A stretch of 63,330 nt of DNA, counting the filler. It is 5 parts of 5 records of this genome, joined end to end, with 100 filler letters (N's around TTAATTAATTAA, not from the genome) between each part and the next. Parts side by side here need not be neighbours in the genome. Positions count along the whole stretch, not along the records: positions 43,345 to 52,354 come from DRR723986_3993; positions 52,455 to 63,330 come from DRR723986_4008; 3 more parts are not named here. One strand, written 5' to 3'. Each line of letters opens with the position of its first letter. The stretch's first letter is position 1. Shown here in pieces: positions 50,617-60,530 of the stretch. Below the pieces are notes generated by a model. The model saw only the letters and a list, made by a program, of their open reading frames with translations. It was not told the origin of the DNA and ran no database searches. A program made the position numbers and the translations under genes.

Positions 50617-51285
50617 ATGATTTCCCTACCCAACACCGGCTTTCTGGCCGATGCCTCTGACCGACTAAAGACCATGATGGCCGCACAGGCTAAACCTGTC
50701 CCGCTGTGCCGGGGTCAAGTGCTGTTTGAACAGGGTGATCCGGGCGATGCCCTGTTCGCCGTGACCGATGGCGCGCTAGAGGTTTCAGTTCTTTCGCTGC
50801 AAGGTCGCAAGCTCTCATTGGATTTGATGGGTGCTGGCGCAATTTTTGGTGAAATTTCGCTCTTTGATCCCGGTCCGCGTACTGCAACTGTCACCGCCAC
50901 TCAGTCCAGTCAGGTGCTTAGGGTACGCAATGCCGACATCCTTGCACAAATTGACCTGCACCCCGAACTGGCTGGGGACATGATCCGGTTGGCCGGGCTG
51001 CGCATGCGCTGGATGGGGCGGCAATTGAATGAACAGGTGTTCCTACCCGTGCCCACCCGATTGGCCCGCAAGCTCCTGCATCTGGCCCCGGTCAGCGACT
51101 CCTGTCCCAAAACAGTCTCCCTCTCCCAATCCGAGCTGGCTGAATATGTCGGTGCCACGCGCGAGGCTGTTTCAAAAACCATTGCCGCCTGGAAACGGTT
51201 GGGCGTGATTGAAACCGTGCGCTCTGGGCTTTTGATCCAGGATTTCGAAGCCCTGCACGTTCTCGCAGAGCTAGAGCAGATTTAG
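50617..51285 (+). CDS. Crp/Fnr-family regulator with cNMP-binding signature
   Basis: GEISL...PRTAT cNMP pocket; SQSELAEYVGATREAVSK HTH. Confidence 0.93.
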   Translation: MISLPNTGFLADASDRLKTMMAAQAKPVPLCRGQVLFEQGDPGDALFAVTDGALEVSVLSLQGRKLSLDLMGAGAIFGEISLFDPGPRTATVTATQSSQVLRVRNADILAQIDLHPELAGDMIRLAGLRMRWMGRQLNEQVFLPVPTRLARKLLHLAPVSDSCPKTVSLSQSELAEYVGATREAVSKTIAAWKRLGVIETVRSGLLIQDFEALHVLAELEQI

Positions 51286-51303
51286 CGGGAAAAATAGGCA
51301 ATC

Positions 51304-51319
51304 TGTGAACCATTTCACA
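51304..51319. promoter_or_regulatory. Consensus CRP box TGTGA-N6-TCACA
   Basis: TGTGA-ACCATT-TCACA starting 19 bp after the crp-family stop codon. Confidence 0.75.
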
Positions 51320-51351
51320 GTTAACCACATCAGAATCAGTCATACACGTAA

Positions 51352-51451
51352 TTGGTTATATCCAAGGGCTGGTCGAGCATCCCCAGTGTTTTGTCCCAAC
51401 CGGTCCTGACCATGTCGAGCCATGTGTCCCCACACATGGCTCGAACTTTTT
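51352..51451 (+). ncRNA. Candidate structured sRNA with C-rich loops
   Basis: Three stem-loops; the last is a perfect 13-bp stem with CCCC loop and a U tract; no ORF; downstream of the CRP box. Confidence 0.55.
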
Positions 51452-51468
51452 CACCACCCTCAAACACG

Positions 51469-51502
51469 AAAAACAAAAACGGCCGAACCGAGGTTCGACC
51501 GT
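51469..51502 (-). terminator. Terminator of the degP-like gene
   Basis: ACGGTCGAAC-CTCG-GTTCGGCCGT plus TTTTGTTTTT on the minus strand. Confidence 0.8.
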
Positions 51503-51531
51503 CTGATCTGTCTTTAAGTTGAAAGACGCGC

Positions 51532-52354
51532 TTAGCGCTCCAAGCTCAGAGCCACAAAGCGCGGCTCACCGTTCCGGCGCACCAGCAACAGCAAGGATTT
51601 CCGCCCTGCCTCCTTCGCTTCTTCGATGCGCATCTCAAGATCCGCAAGCGATGCCACTTTTTGCTGCCCCGCCTCAGTGATAAGATCGCCAGCGCGCAGA
51701 CCCTTTTCATAGGCCTCCGAGGCTTCATCGACGTTCATAATCACAAGCCCGGTTGCACTGCTGTCTATGCCCAGATCTTCGCGCAAGGCATCGTTCAAGG
51801 TGCTGACCGTCAAACCAAGAACATCTTTCTCAGAAATCTCAGGCGTTGTTTCAGGGGTTTGCCCTGCCTCGTCAGCACGTTCCGCATCTTCGCGGCGTCC
51901 AAGGGTCACCAAAACGGTTTGTGTGCCCCCATCGCGGAACACCAGAACACGCACGGCTTTGCCGACTTCGGTTTCGCCAACTTGGCGCACCAAGCCCCGT
52001 GTGTCTTCCACATCCACCCCGTCAAAGGTCAGGATCACATCGCCGCCCAACAGACCGGCCTCTTTTGCAGGGCCTTCGGGTACATCCGTGATCAAGGCGC
52101 CAGCAGCTTCTTCAAGCCCCATCGCCTCGGCCACATCATCGGTGACATCCTGAATGCGTACACCCAACCAGCCGCGACGGGTTTCCCCATATTCACGCAG
52201 CTGCGCCACAACTTTGGTCACCACATTGGACGCCATAGAAAACCCGATACCGATCGAGCCGCCATTTGGCGACAAAATCGCGGTGTTCACGCCGACCACG
52301 TCCCCGTCCATGTTGAACAATGGTCCGCCCGAGTTGCCCCGGTTGATCGCAGCG
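51532..52354 (-). CDS. DegP/DegQ (Do) serine protease, C-terminal part
   Basis: AINRGNSGGPL catalytic motif, GIGFS and RGWLGV; two PDZ domains. Confidence 0.95.
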
Positions 52355-52454
52355 NNNNNNNNNNNNNNNNNNNNNNNNNNNNNNNNNNNNNNNNNNNNTT
52401 AATTAATTAANNNNNNNNNNNNNNNNNNNNNNNNNNNNNNNNNNNNNNNNNNNN
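52355..52454. other. Artificial contig linker
   Basis: Same linker. Confidence 0.99.
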
Positions 52455-53024
52455 TTCATGTCGGGCGCGCGGCGGCAGATCTTTGTTGTTTTTGCCGGCT
52501 TCATGATGGTCGAACGCTTTGGGTTCGAAGTGCATGAGATCACCACGCTTTATCTGATCAACCTGATTGCCAATATGATCTTTGCCCCGCTGATGGGCCG
52601 CGCCGTGGGTTACTTTGGCGAACGCAAGGCGCTGGGCTTTGAATACATCGGGCTGATTTTGGTGTTTCTGAGCTATGGAGGTGTCTATTATCTGAGCTGG
52701 AGTGTTGTGGTGGCTGCGACGCTTTATGTGCTGGACCACATATTTTTCGCCCTCGCGCTGGCGCTGAAAACCTATTTCCAGAAAATCGCCGATCCGGCGG
52801 ATATTGCACCCACGGCGGCAGTGGCCTTTACCATAAATCACATCGCGGCGGTGTTTCTGCCTGTGGGGCTGGGTCTTTTGTGGCTGCTCTCACCCGCTTT
52901 GGTCTTTTTGTTGGCGGCAGCCATGGCGGCGGTTTCGTTGATGCTGGCGATGTTGATCCCGCGCCATCCCGAACCGGGGCATGAGACGATATTCTCGCGC
53001 CCGCTGGCGCAGGCGGCGGAGTAA
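52455..53024 (+). CDS. MFS transporter, C-terminal part
   Basis: GARRQIF, KTYFQKIA and FTINHIAAV; hydrophobic. Confidence 0.85.
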   Translation, partial: FMSGARRQIFVVFAGFMMVERFGFEVHEITTLYLINLIANMIFAPLMGRAVGYFGERKALGFEYIGLILVFLSYGGVYYLSWSVVVAATLYVLDHIFFALALALKTYFQKIADPADIAPTAAVAFTINHIAAVFLPVGLGLLWLLSPALVFLLAAAMAAVSLMLAMLIPRHPEPGHETIFSRPLAQAAE

Positions 53025-53027
53025 TCC

Positions 53028-54419
53028 ATGTCCGAAGGGCGCTTCCTGACCGGCGGCACGATGGGCCATGTGGTGAGGATGACGGCCACCGGTGCGATGG
53101 GCATCACCTTTGTCTTTTTGGTGGATGCTGCGAACCTGTTGTGGATTTCGCAACTGGGTGATCCGCAACTGGTCGCTGCCATTGGATTTGCCTATGCGGT
53201 GCAGTTCTTTTCGGTCTCGATCATTGTCGGCCTGATGATTGCGGCCACCGCCGTGATTTCGCGGTCTATCGGTGAGGGTCGGCGCGATCAGGCGCGGCGG
53301 CAGGCCGGGGCCGGTATCGCGATTGCCGTTGCCGTGATGGCACTGGTCGTAGCGGTGATTGTTGGGTTTCGGCATCAACTGGTGGCCCTTGCGGGGGCCG
53401 AAGGAGAAACCGCGCGGCTGGCGGCGCGTTATCTGGCGATCACAGTGCCGTCGCTGTTGCCGATGGCGGTCTCGCTGATCTGTTCGGGGGCACTGCGGGC
53501 CGAAGGGTTTGGCGCCAAGGCGATGTATATCACGCTGCTGTCGGGGCTGGTGTTGCTGGTGTTGGACCCGATCCTGATCTTCTGGCTGGAATGGGGGCTG
53601 GATGGTGCGGCCATCGGTTTGGTGCTGTTCCGGTTCAGCCTGATGGGGCTTGGCCTTTTCTATGCGGTGCATCAATGCGGGTTGGTAGACAGGCCGCGGC
53701 TGCGAACGCTGCGCAATATCTCGGCTCCTTTTATCGCGGTGGCGATCCCTGCGGTGGCGACGCAAATGTCAACGCCGGCGGGCAATTACATCCTGACCAT
53801 CGTCATGGCACAGTTTGGCGACGATGCGGTGGCGGCCTGGGCCGTGGTCGGGCGACTGACGGTTGTGGTCTTTGGCGGCATCTTTGCGCTGTCCGGCGCA
53901 ATCGGCGGGATCTTTGGCCAGAATTACGGCGCGGGCCAGATGGACCGTGTGCGCAGCACCTACCGCGACGCGCTGCTGTTTTGTCTGGGGTACACGCTGG
54001 TGGCCTGGGCCTTGCTTTATGCCGCGACGCCGCTGGTCTTGCGGATCTTTGGTCTGGACGGGCAGGGTGCAGAGGTGCTGCGCGCCTTTACCATTGTCGG
54101 GGTGGGCGGGTTTGTCTTTATCGGGGCGCTTTTTGTGTCCAATGCGGCGTTCAACAGTCTGGGCAAGCCGGGGCGATCAACCTTGGTGAACTGGATCAAG
54201 GATGGGGCGCTGAGCTGGCCAGCGGCGGCGGGGCTCGCTGCGCTTTTTGGTGCGCCGGGCGTGATCTATGGTCAGGCACTGGCGGGAGGCGTTATGGGGC
54301 TGGTCGCGGCCATCTGGGGCTGGATCTATGTGGCGAGGCTGGACCGGGCCGCACCTCTGGCCCTTGACCCCGCGCATCCACGGCCCTACCCGAACCCCGA
54401 CAGACATCGGAGAAGATAA
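53028..54419 (+). CDS. MATE-family efflux transporter
   Basis: LRAEG, LDPILIF, GLDGAA and GQNYGAG motifs. Confidence 0.93.
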   Translation: MSEGRFLTGGTMGHVVRMTATGAMGITFVFLVDAANLLWISQLGDPQLVAAIGFAYAVQFFSVSIIVGLMIAATAVISRSIGEGRRDQARRQAGAGIAIAVAVMALVVAVIVGFRHQLVALAGAEGETARLAARYLAITVPSLLPMAVSLICSGALRAEGFGAKAMYITLLSGLVLLVLDPILIFWLEWGLDGAAIGLVLFRFSLMGLGLFYAVHQCGLVDRPRLRTLRNISAPFIAVAIPAVATQMSTPAGNYILTIVMAQFGDDAVAAWAVVGRLTVVVFGGIFALSGAIGGIFGQNYGAGQMDRVRSTYRDALLFCLGYTLVAWALLYAATPLVLRIFGLDGQGAEVLRAFTIVGVGGFVFIGALFVSNAAFNSLGKPGRSTLVNWIKDGALSWPAAAGLAALFGAPGVIYGQALAGGVMGLVAAIWGWIYVARLDRAAPLALDPAHPRPYPNPDRHRRR

Positions 54420-55291
54420 TGACCACATTCACTGCGCTCACCACATTGACAGGCCGCGATCAGGCCTATGCCCTTGGCGATGCGATGGAGCGGCTGGAGC
54501 CGGAGCCAACAGGCGTGGGCGTTTTTGAGATGGAAGACGGATCGGGCCTGTGGGAGGTCGGCGGTTATTTCGAAGAGGCGCCCGATGAAACGGCACTGGC
54601 ACTGCTGGCCACGGCGATGGGGGCAAAACCCTTTGTCGTGTCGCAATTGCCGGAAACCGATTGGGTGGCCCATGTGCGCCGCGAATTGGCCCCGGTCGAG
54701 GCAGGGCGTTTCTTTGTCTATGGCAGCCACGATGCCGACAAGGTTCCACAGGGATGCGAGCCTTTGTTGATCGAGGCGGCGATGGCCTTTGGCACAGGCC
54801 ATCACGGCACGACACTGGGATGTCTGCGGGCGCTGGACCGGTTGGCGAATGATGGCTTTCACGGGCGCAACGTGGCTGACATCGGGTGCGGTACGGCGGT
54901 TCTGGCAATGGGGGCAGCACGGATCTGGCCCGAAACAGTGCTGGCCAGTGATATCGACGAAGTTGCCGTGGATGTGGCGGCTGCCAATGTATTGGCCAAC
55001 GGGCTTGAGGGCCGGGTGAAATGTGTCGAGGCCGCAGGCTTTGATCATCCCGACCTCGCGGCGGCGGCACCTTTTGATCTGGTCTTTGCCAATATCCTCA
55101 AGGGGCCGCTGATCGCATTGGCCCCGGATATGGCGCGAGCCCTGCAACCGGGCGGCTATGCGATTCTTTCGGGGATTCTGAACGAACAGGCAGACGAGGT
55201 GATCGAGGTTTATGCACGATCTGGCATCAATCTGGTACACCGCGAGAGCATTGTTGACTGGACGACATTGACCTTGCGGATTGGATCTTAA
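54419..55291 (+). CDS. prmA: Ribosomal protein L11 methyltransferase
   Basis: AFGTGHHGTT, DIGCGTAVLA, ANIL and LSGIL motifs. Confidence 0.95.
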   Translation: MTTFTALTTLTGRDQAYALGDAMERLEPEPTGVGVFEMEDGSGLWEVGGYFEEAPDETALALLATAMGAKPFVVSQLPETDWVAHVRRELAPVEAGRFFVYGSHDADKVPQGCEPLLIEAAMAFGTGHHGTTLGCLRALDRLANDGFHGRNVADIGCGTAVLAMGAARIWPETVLASDIDEVAVDVAAANVLANGLEGRVKCVEAAGFDHPDLAAAAPFDLVFANILKGPLIALAPDMARALQPGGYAILSGILNEQADEVIEVYARSGINLVHRESIVDWTTLTLRIGS

Positions 55292-55350
55292 ATTTCGGCC
55301 ACTTTAGGTCTTATTTTCCCGATTTGCCCAGTTTTTGCCACATTTCATGA

Positions 55351-55366
55351 CTAATACTTTCTTAAC
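55351..55366 (+). promoter_or_regulatory. Near-consensus CtrA site
   Basis: CTAA-TACTTTC-TTAAC (one mismatch to TTAA-N7-TTAAC). Confidence 0.45.
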
Positions 55367-55399
55367 AGCGGTGGGGGCCGACTGTTGAGAGAGACTGTC

Positions 55400-55750
55400 A
55401 TGGTTGAGACACATGATCACTTCGTGAACCGGCTGGAAATGCTGGGCGAAAAGCACGCCAAGATGACGCGTGGGTATGGTACAAGGATCAGTACCAGTGG
55501 TTTGATTGTTATCGAACCAAAAGAGGAACGTCGCAATTGGGGCCTGCCCGTCAAAGTGGTTTTGCTGGCGCTGCTCGGTTTTCTGGGCTTCAAGGTTTTT
55601 ATGCTCGCGGCGGTCGGTCCGCAGACCTACAATGAACGCCTCGCCAAACTGGAAAACGGCACCATCATCGAGAAAGCAGGCGCAGTTGCCCTGTCCGTTG
55701 ATCCGCTGACGGCGATGCTGGCGGAAACTGCAGTGAGAAAGCTGAAATAA
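55400..55750 (+). CDS. Conserved single-TM hypothetical protein
   Basis: 116-aa ORF with GLIV, a TM segment, YNERL...IEK...DP; terminator follows. Confidence 0.8.
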   Translation: MVETHDHFVNRLEMLGEKHAKMTRGYGTRISTSGLIVIEPKEERRNWGLPVKVVLLALLGFLGFKVFMLAAVGPQTYNERLAKLENGTIIEKAGAVALSVDPLTAMLAETAVRKLK

Positions 55751-55787
55751 TCTGGTATGGCCCTGCAACAGGGCCATAACCCTCCAC

Positions 55788-55829
55788 AAAAAAAAGCCGC
55801 GCTTCTGACAATCAGAAGTGCGGCTTTTT
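55788..55829. terminator. Bidirectional terminator
   Basis: A8-GCCGCGCTTCTGA...TCAGAAGTGCGGC-T5 between convergent genes. Confidence 0.88.
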
Positions 55830-55873
55830 CGTTTTGCGGTGAGGCGCGGCGCTGGGCAGCGCCGCTTCAACCC

Positions 55874-56092
55874 TTAGCGGATGATGTTGGACTGTGCGAC
55901 GTAGTCGATGTCGCCGCGGACCAGACCGATGTCTTCCAGCTCACGGTTGGAGAGGGATGCCAGTGCGGCGCGTGTGACGCGCGCGTCGTTCCATGCAACA
56001 ACGGAGGCGACGATGCCGGCGAAGAATGCGGAGATTGAAGAAACGGCTGTCGCGGAGCCGTATGCGGTGCGGGAAGTGTCGAAAGATGCCAT
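55874..56092 (-). CDS. DUF1127 (YjiS-like) small protein
   Basis: TRAALASLSNRELEDIGLVRGDI signature; AAGGA RBS. Confidence 0.92.
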   Translation of the reverse strand: MASFDTSRTAYGSATAVSSISAFFAGIVASVVAWNDARVTRAALASLSNRELEDIGLVRGDIDYVAQSNIIR

Positions 56093-56227
56093 GTTAGCCG
56101 TCCTTTATGTCTAATCGTTGGGCCGGTTTTCCCGGCGGTGTGAGGGGCAGATAGGCCGAAGTTTGGCATTGCACAATACATGGAAACGCATGTGTGATCT
56201 GCATTTTTTGCATAGGTCAAAACCGTG

Positions 56228-56243
56228 GTTAAGCTACCGTTAA
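56228..56243 (-). promoter_or_regulatory. Consensus CtrA box
   Basis: TTAA-CGGTAGC-TTAAC on the minus strand, between the DUF1127 gene and ruvC. Confidence 0.6.
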
Positions 56244-56368
56244 GTAAGGCAAAATCATGGCTCGGCGTTGTCGTTTTTGACGTTGGAATTGGCGAAAACG
56301 AACCCTGCGGCCTGAAAGCGACAATTGGCGTGTCGCAATCGGATGATTTGTCGAAATGCTTGGCGAAT

Positions 56369-56383
56369 GTTCGCGTTTCGTGC
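56369..56383 (+). promoter_or_regulatory. Possible alphaproteobacterial LexA (SOS) box
   Basis: GTTC-GCGTTTC-GTGC (one mismatch to GTTC-N7-GTTC), about 40 bp before ruvC. Confidence 0.45.
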
Positions 56384-56424
56384 TAGTGCATCAAAAAAGC
56401 AACAAAATTGAACGAGGCGGGCAG

Positions 56425-56931
56425 ATGATCAGGGTTATTGGCATTGATCCGGGGTTGCGAAACACCGGATGGGGCGTGATCGACGTGGCGGGAAGCCGTA
56501 TCTCGCATGTCGCGAATGGAATCTGTTGCTCGGAAGGGGATGATCTGGCGACCCGTTTATTGTCGCTGCACGGGCAATTGACCCGTGTTCTGGCCACCTA
56601 CCGCCCCGCCGCAGCGGCGGTAGAGCAAACATTCGTGAACAAAGACGGGGCTGGCACGCTCAAACTGGGGCAGGCGCGGGGCATCGCGATGCTGGTTCCG
56701 GCGCAGGCCGGTCTGGTTGTGGGCGAATATGCGCCCAACAAGGTCAAGAAAACCGTTGTGGGTGTGGGCCATGCCGACAAGGGGCAGATCGCGCATATGG
56801 TGCGCATGCAATTGCCGGGGGTTGAGATCGCCGGACCGGACGCCGCCGATGCCTTGGCCATCGCCATCTGTCATGCCCACCACGGCGCCGCGAGCACGCT
56901 GGCCACCGCAATCGCAAAGGCAAGCGCATGA
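56425..56931 (+). CDS. ruvC: Holliday junction resolvase
   Basis: GIDPG, VEQTF, LGQARG and [12 protein letters not shown] motifs. Confidence 0.97.
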   Translation: MIRVIGIDPGLRNTGWGVIDVAGSRISHVANGICCSEGDDLATRLLSLHGQLTRVLATYRPAAAAVEQTFVNKDGAGTLKLGQARGIAMLVPAQAGLVVGEYAPNKVKKTVVGVGHADKGQIAHMVRMQLPGVEIAGPDAADALAIAICHAHHGAASTLATAIAKASA

Positions 56932-57599
56932 TTGGCAAAATCTCGGGCCGCATTGAATACCGCACCACGGATCATGTTCTGATCGACGTGCGCGGGATTG
57001 GCTATCTGGTCTATTGTTCCGAACGCACCTTGGCCGCGCTGCCCGGCGCGGGGCAGGTTGCCGCGCTTTATACCGATCTGCTGGTGCGCGAGGACGTGTT
57101 GCAGCTTTTCGGCTTTCAAACCCTGGTGGAAAAGGAATGGCACCGTCTTCTGACCTCTGTTCAGGGGGTCGGGGCAAAGGCGTCGCTTGCGATCCTGGGC
57201 ACGCTTGGCCCCGATGGGGTCAGCCGTGCGATTGCCTTGGGCGATTGGAACGCGGTCAAGGCGGCCAAGGGTGTTGGCCCCAAGATCGCACAGCGCGTGG
57301 TGCTGGATCTCAAGGACAAAGCGCCCAGCGTGATGGCGATGGGCGGCGCCATGGCGCAGGCCCAAGGCGAAAGCGCCGCAGACCTTGACGTGATCGAACC
57401 CGCCGCCGCACCCGCCAAAACCGCCACACCGCCGCCCAATGCCTCGGCGCAGGCCGAAGCGCTGTCGGCGCTGGCCAACCTTGGATATGCCCCGGGCGAT
57501 GCCGCAGGCGCCGTAGCCCAAGCCGCAGGAGAGCAGGAGGGCGCGGACACGCCCACCTTGATCCGCGCGGCGTTGAAACTTCTGGCCCCCAAGGGGTAG
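56928..57599 (+). CDS. ruvA: Holliday junction branch migration protein
   Basis: [28 protein letters not shown] HhH and ALANLGY. Confidence 0.97.
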   Translation: MIGKISGRIEYRTTDHVLIDVRGIGYLVYCSERTLAALPGAGQVAALYTDLLVREDVLQLFGFQTLVEKEWHRLLTSVQGVGAKASLAILGTLGPDGVSRAIALGDWNAVKAAKGVGPKIAQRVVLDLKDKAPSVMAMGGAMAQAQGESAADLDVIEPAAAPAKTATPPPNASAQAEALSALANLGYAPGDAAGAVAQAAGEQEGADTPTLIRAALKLLAPKG

Positions 57600-57639
57600 A
57601 CTGCGACCAACGGCCCCGGCGCCGGTCCTGTTTGGATAA

Positions 57640-58662
57640 ATGATGACAGAAATTGACCCCACAGTCCGCCCCGAGGCGTTGCCGGAAGACTTTGACCGCG
57701 CGTTGCGTCCGCAGATGCTGGACGAATTTGTCGGTCAGGCTGAGGCACGGGCAAATCTCAAGGTGTTTATCCAATCCGCCCGCCAGCGCGGCGAGGCGAT
57801 GGACCACACCCTGTTTCACGGCCCGCCCGGTCTGGGCAAAACCACGCTGGCACAGATCATGGCGCGTGAATTGGGGGTTGGCTTTCGCATGACCTCCGGT
57901 CCAGTGCTGGCCAAGGCGGGGGATTTGGCCGCGATCCTGACCAACCTTGAGGCCCGCGATGTGTTGTTCATCGACGAAATTCACCGGCTCAACCCGGCGG
58001 TCGAAGAGGTGCTTTACCCCGCGCTGGAAGATTTCGAGCTGGATCTGGTGATCGGCGAGGGGCCTGCCGCCCGTACTGTACGGATTGAACTGCAACCCTT
58101 CACATTGGTGGGTGCAACCACGCGCATGGGGCTTTTGACCACACCGCTGCGCGACCGGTTTGGCATTCCCACACGGCTCCAGTTCTACACAGAGGACGAG
58201 CTGTTCGTGATCGTGGACCGCAACGCCCGCAAGCTGGGTGCGCCCGCAGATGAGGGCGGTGCCCGCGAGATCGCCAAACGCGCCCGCGGCACGCCGCGTA
58301 TTGCGGGCCGGTTGCTGCGCCGGGTGGTGGATTTTGCCGTTGTCGAGGGCGACGGACGCGTGACCCGCGATCTGGCAGACATGGCATTGACGCGGCTTGG
58401 CGTGGATCATCTGGGCCTTGATGGCGCGGACCGGCGGTATCTGCGTTTGATTGCCGAGAATTATCAGGGCGGACCAGTGGGCATCGAGACCATGTCGGCC
58501 GCCCTGTCCGAAAGCCGCGATGCCTTGGAAGAGGTGATCGAACCCTTTTTGTTGCAACAAGGATTGATCCAACGCACACCGCGCGGGCGGATGCTGGCGC
58601 AAAAGGCTTGGACGCATCTGGGCATGACACCGCCCAAATCGCAGAGCGATCTGTTTGGATGA
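57640..58662 (+). CDS. ruvB: Holliday junction helicase
   Basis: [22 protein letters not shown] and RGTPRIA motifs. Confidence 0.98.
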   Translation: MMTEIDPTVRPEALPEDFDRALRPQMLDEFVGQAEARANLKVFIQSARQRGEAMDHTLFHGPPGLGKTTLAQIMARELGVGFRMTSGPVLAKAGDLAAILTNLEARDVLFIDEIHRLNPAVEEVLYPALEDFELDLVIGEGPAARTVRIELQPFTLVGATTRMGLLTTPLRDRFGIPTRLQFYTEDELFVIVDRNARKLGAPADEGGAREIAKRARGTPRIAGRLLRRVVDFAVVEGDGRVTRDLADMALTRLGVDHLGLDGADRRYLRLIAENYQGGPVGIETMSAALSESRDALEEVIEPFLLQQGLIQRTPRGRMLAQKAWTHLGMTPPKSQSDLFG

Positions 58663-58690
58663 CAGGTCAGAATTGATTTTTAAGGGCCAA

Positions 58691-59320
58691 ATGAAGATGG
58701 ATGCAGCGCAGATTGAAACCCTGTTCACCCGCAGTGATGGCAGTTTTGCTTTTGCCCGTTGGGGGCGCCCGGTGTGCCCCGTTGTGTTTGGCGTGGATGA
58801 CGCCACACTGGCGGTTGTGAAAGGCGCGATTGAGGCGACCTGCCAATTGGCGGGCCATGACATGGGTGAGATGGACGCCGAGTTGGGCAGCAACCTGATG
58901 ATGTTCTTTTTCTCGGACTGGGCCGAGTTGATCGAGGTGCCGGGCATGGACCGGCTGGTGCCGGATCTGGATCAGATGGTGGCGCGCTTGCAGGCCGCGG
59001 ATGCCAATCAGTACCGGTTTTTCCGGTTCGATGAGGCGGGCGCGATCAAGGCGTGTTTTGTGTTTCTGCGCATGGATGATCATCTTGCCGATGTACCGGC
59101 GCAGACCCTAGCGCTGAGCCAGATTGTGCAATCCATGCTGCTGTGGTCGGATGAGGCGTTTCAGGACCAAAGTCCGCTGGCGATGGCGGCGGACACCACC
59201 GTGTTGCGCCCCGATGTGGCGGCCTTGATCCGCGCCGCCTATGATCCGGTTTTGCCCCATGCGGCGCAGGATACCTCGCATGCACTGCGGCTGGCCGCGC
59301 GGATGGGGGCAGTGCAATGA
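58691..59320 (+). CDS. Conserved hypothetical protein
   Basis: LFTRSDG.FARW, ANQYRFFRFD and YDPVLP; coupled to ybgC; start uncertain. Confidence 0.8.
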   Translation: MKMDAAQIETLFTRSDGSFAFARWGRPVCPVVFGVDDATLAVVKGAIEATCQLAGHDMGEMDAELGSNLMMFFFSDWAELIEVPGMDRLVPDLDQMVARLQAADANQYRFFRFDEAGAIKACFVFLRMDDHLADVPAQTLALSQIVQSMLLWSDEAFQDQSPLAMAADTTVLRPDVAALIRAAYDPVLPHAAQDTSHALRLAARMGAVQ

Positions 59321-59715
59321 GCCACAGTTTCCCCGTGCGGGTGTTTTATGAAGACACCGATATGGCCGGTATTGTCTATTACGCCAATTACCTGCGTTAC
59401 ATTGAACGGGCCCGCTCTGACATTGTGGAGCAGATGGGCGTTGATCAACGCACCATGCGCGATGAGGATCTGGTGTTCGTGATCACACGGGTTGAGGCGG
59501 ATTACCTCGGCTCTGGCCGCTTTGGTGACCGGCTTGAGGTGCACACAACCCATCACGGCAAGGGCGCAACCCGCTGGATCTTTGACCAAGAGGTGCTGCG
59601 CGGCGAAGAGGTGATTTTCCGCGCCAAGGTCACAGCCGTCTGCATGACAACCGCCGGAAAACCGACCCGTTTGCCAGCAAAACTCCGCTCAATGCTGGCA
59701 GATCCGGCGGAATAA
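59317..59715 (+). CDS. ybgC: Tol-Pal-associated acyl-CoA thioesterase
   Basis: YEDTDMAGIVYYANYL motif; upstream of tolQ. Confidence 0.93.
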   Translation: MSHSFPVRVFYEDTDMAGIVYYANYLRYIERARSDIVEQMGVDQRTMRDEDLVFVITRVEADYLGSGRFGDRLEVHTTHHGKGATRWIFDQEVLRGEEVIFRAKVTAVCMTTAGKPTRLPAKLRSMLADPAE

Positions 59716-59831
59716 GGCCGTTGCACTAGCTTTCACTCTTGCACTTCGCTAGATTCAGGCGAAATGGAGCCTTGAAAACAGGGCCCTTGAGGCAGCACGC
59801 CGTGTAAACGGCACAAAAATGAGCGGGAAAA

Positions 59832-60527
59832 ATGGAAGCAGAAACGCTGGCATTGGCGCAGGAGATTGATTTCTCCATGTGGGGTCTGTTTGCGCGGGCC
59901 ACGCTGACGGTGAAACTGGTGATGATCATGTTGATCATCGCGTCGTTCTGGTCTTGGTCGATCATCATCCAGAAACTGATCCAGTATCGCAGCGCCCGAA
60001 GCGAGGCCGCGCGGTTTGACCGGGCGTTCTGGTCGGGGGAGCCGCTGGATGGATTGTTTGACACCATAGGCGCAGATCCTGATGGGCCGTCGGAAAAGAT
60101 TTTTGCGGCAGGCATGTCGGAATGGCGCCGTTCGCACCGCGATGATGGCGGGTTGATCCCCGGAGCCACCGCGCGGATTGACCGCAGCATGGATGTGGCC
60201 ATCGCCAAGGAGGCCGAACGCCTGCAAAAAGGGCTGACGGTTTTGGCGACGGTCGGCTCGTCCGCGCCCTTCATCGGCCTTTTCGGCACGGTCATTGGCA
60301 TCATGAATGCCTTTATCGAAATTGCAGAGCAGCAAAACACCAACCTCGCCGTGGTGGCGCCCGGCATTGCCGAGGCGCTCTTGGCGACGGGTCTTGGCCT
60401 GTTGGCCGCGATTCCGGCGGTGATTTTCTACAACAAGCTTTCAGCAGACAGTGATCGGGTGCTGGGCACCCATGAGGCCTTTGCCGACGAGTTTGCCACG
60501 ATCCTGTCACGCCAGTTGGACAGCTGA
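59832..60527 (+). CDS. tolQ: TolQ
   Basis: PFIGLFGTV and VAPGIAEALLAT motifs. Confidence 0.97.
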   Translation: MEAETLALAQEIDFSMWGLFARATLTVKLVMIMLIIASFWSWSIIIQKLIQYRSARSEAARFDRAFWSGEPLDGLFDTIGADPDGPSEKIFAAGMSEWRRSHRDDGGLIPGATARIDRSMDVAIAKEAERLQKGLTVLATVGSSAPFIGLFGTVIGIMNAFIEIAEQQNTNLAVVAPGIAEALLATGLGLLAAIPAVIFYNKLSADSDRVLGTHEAFADEFATILSRQLDS

Positions 60528-60530
60528 TCC

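Noticed and set aside
8942..52454. Four identical TTAATTAATTAA-in-N blocks as a biological repeat
   Set aside because: Artificial six-frame-stop contig linkers
55757..55873. Cuckoo/CcsR sRNAs downstream of DUF1127
   Set aside because: Only terminator-like hairpins; no CCUCCUCCC loops
57310..58947. 545-aa minus-strand ORF and many similar antisense ORFs (e.g. 4573-5772, 5908-6789, 52890-53765)
   Set aside because: Shadow frames opposite clear genes in high-GC DNA; no motifs
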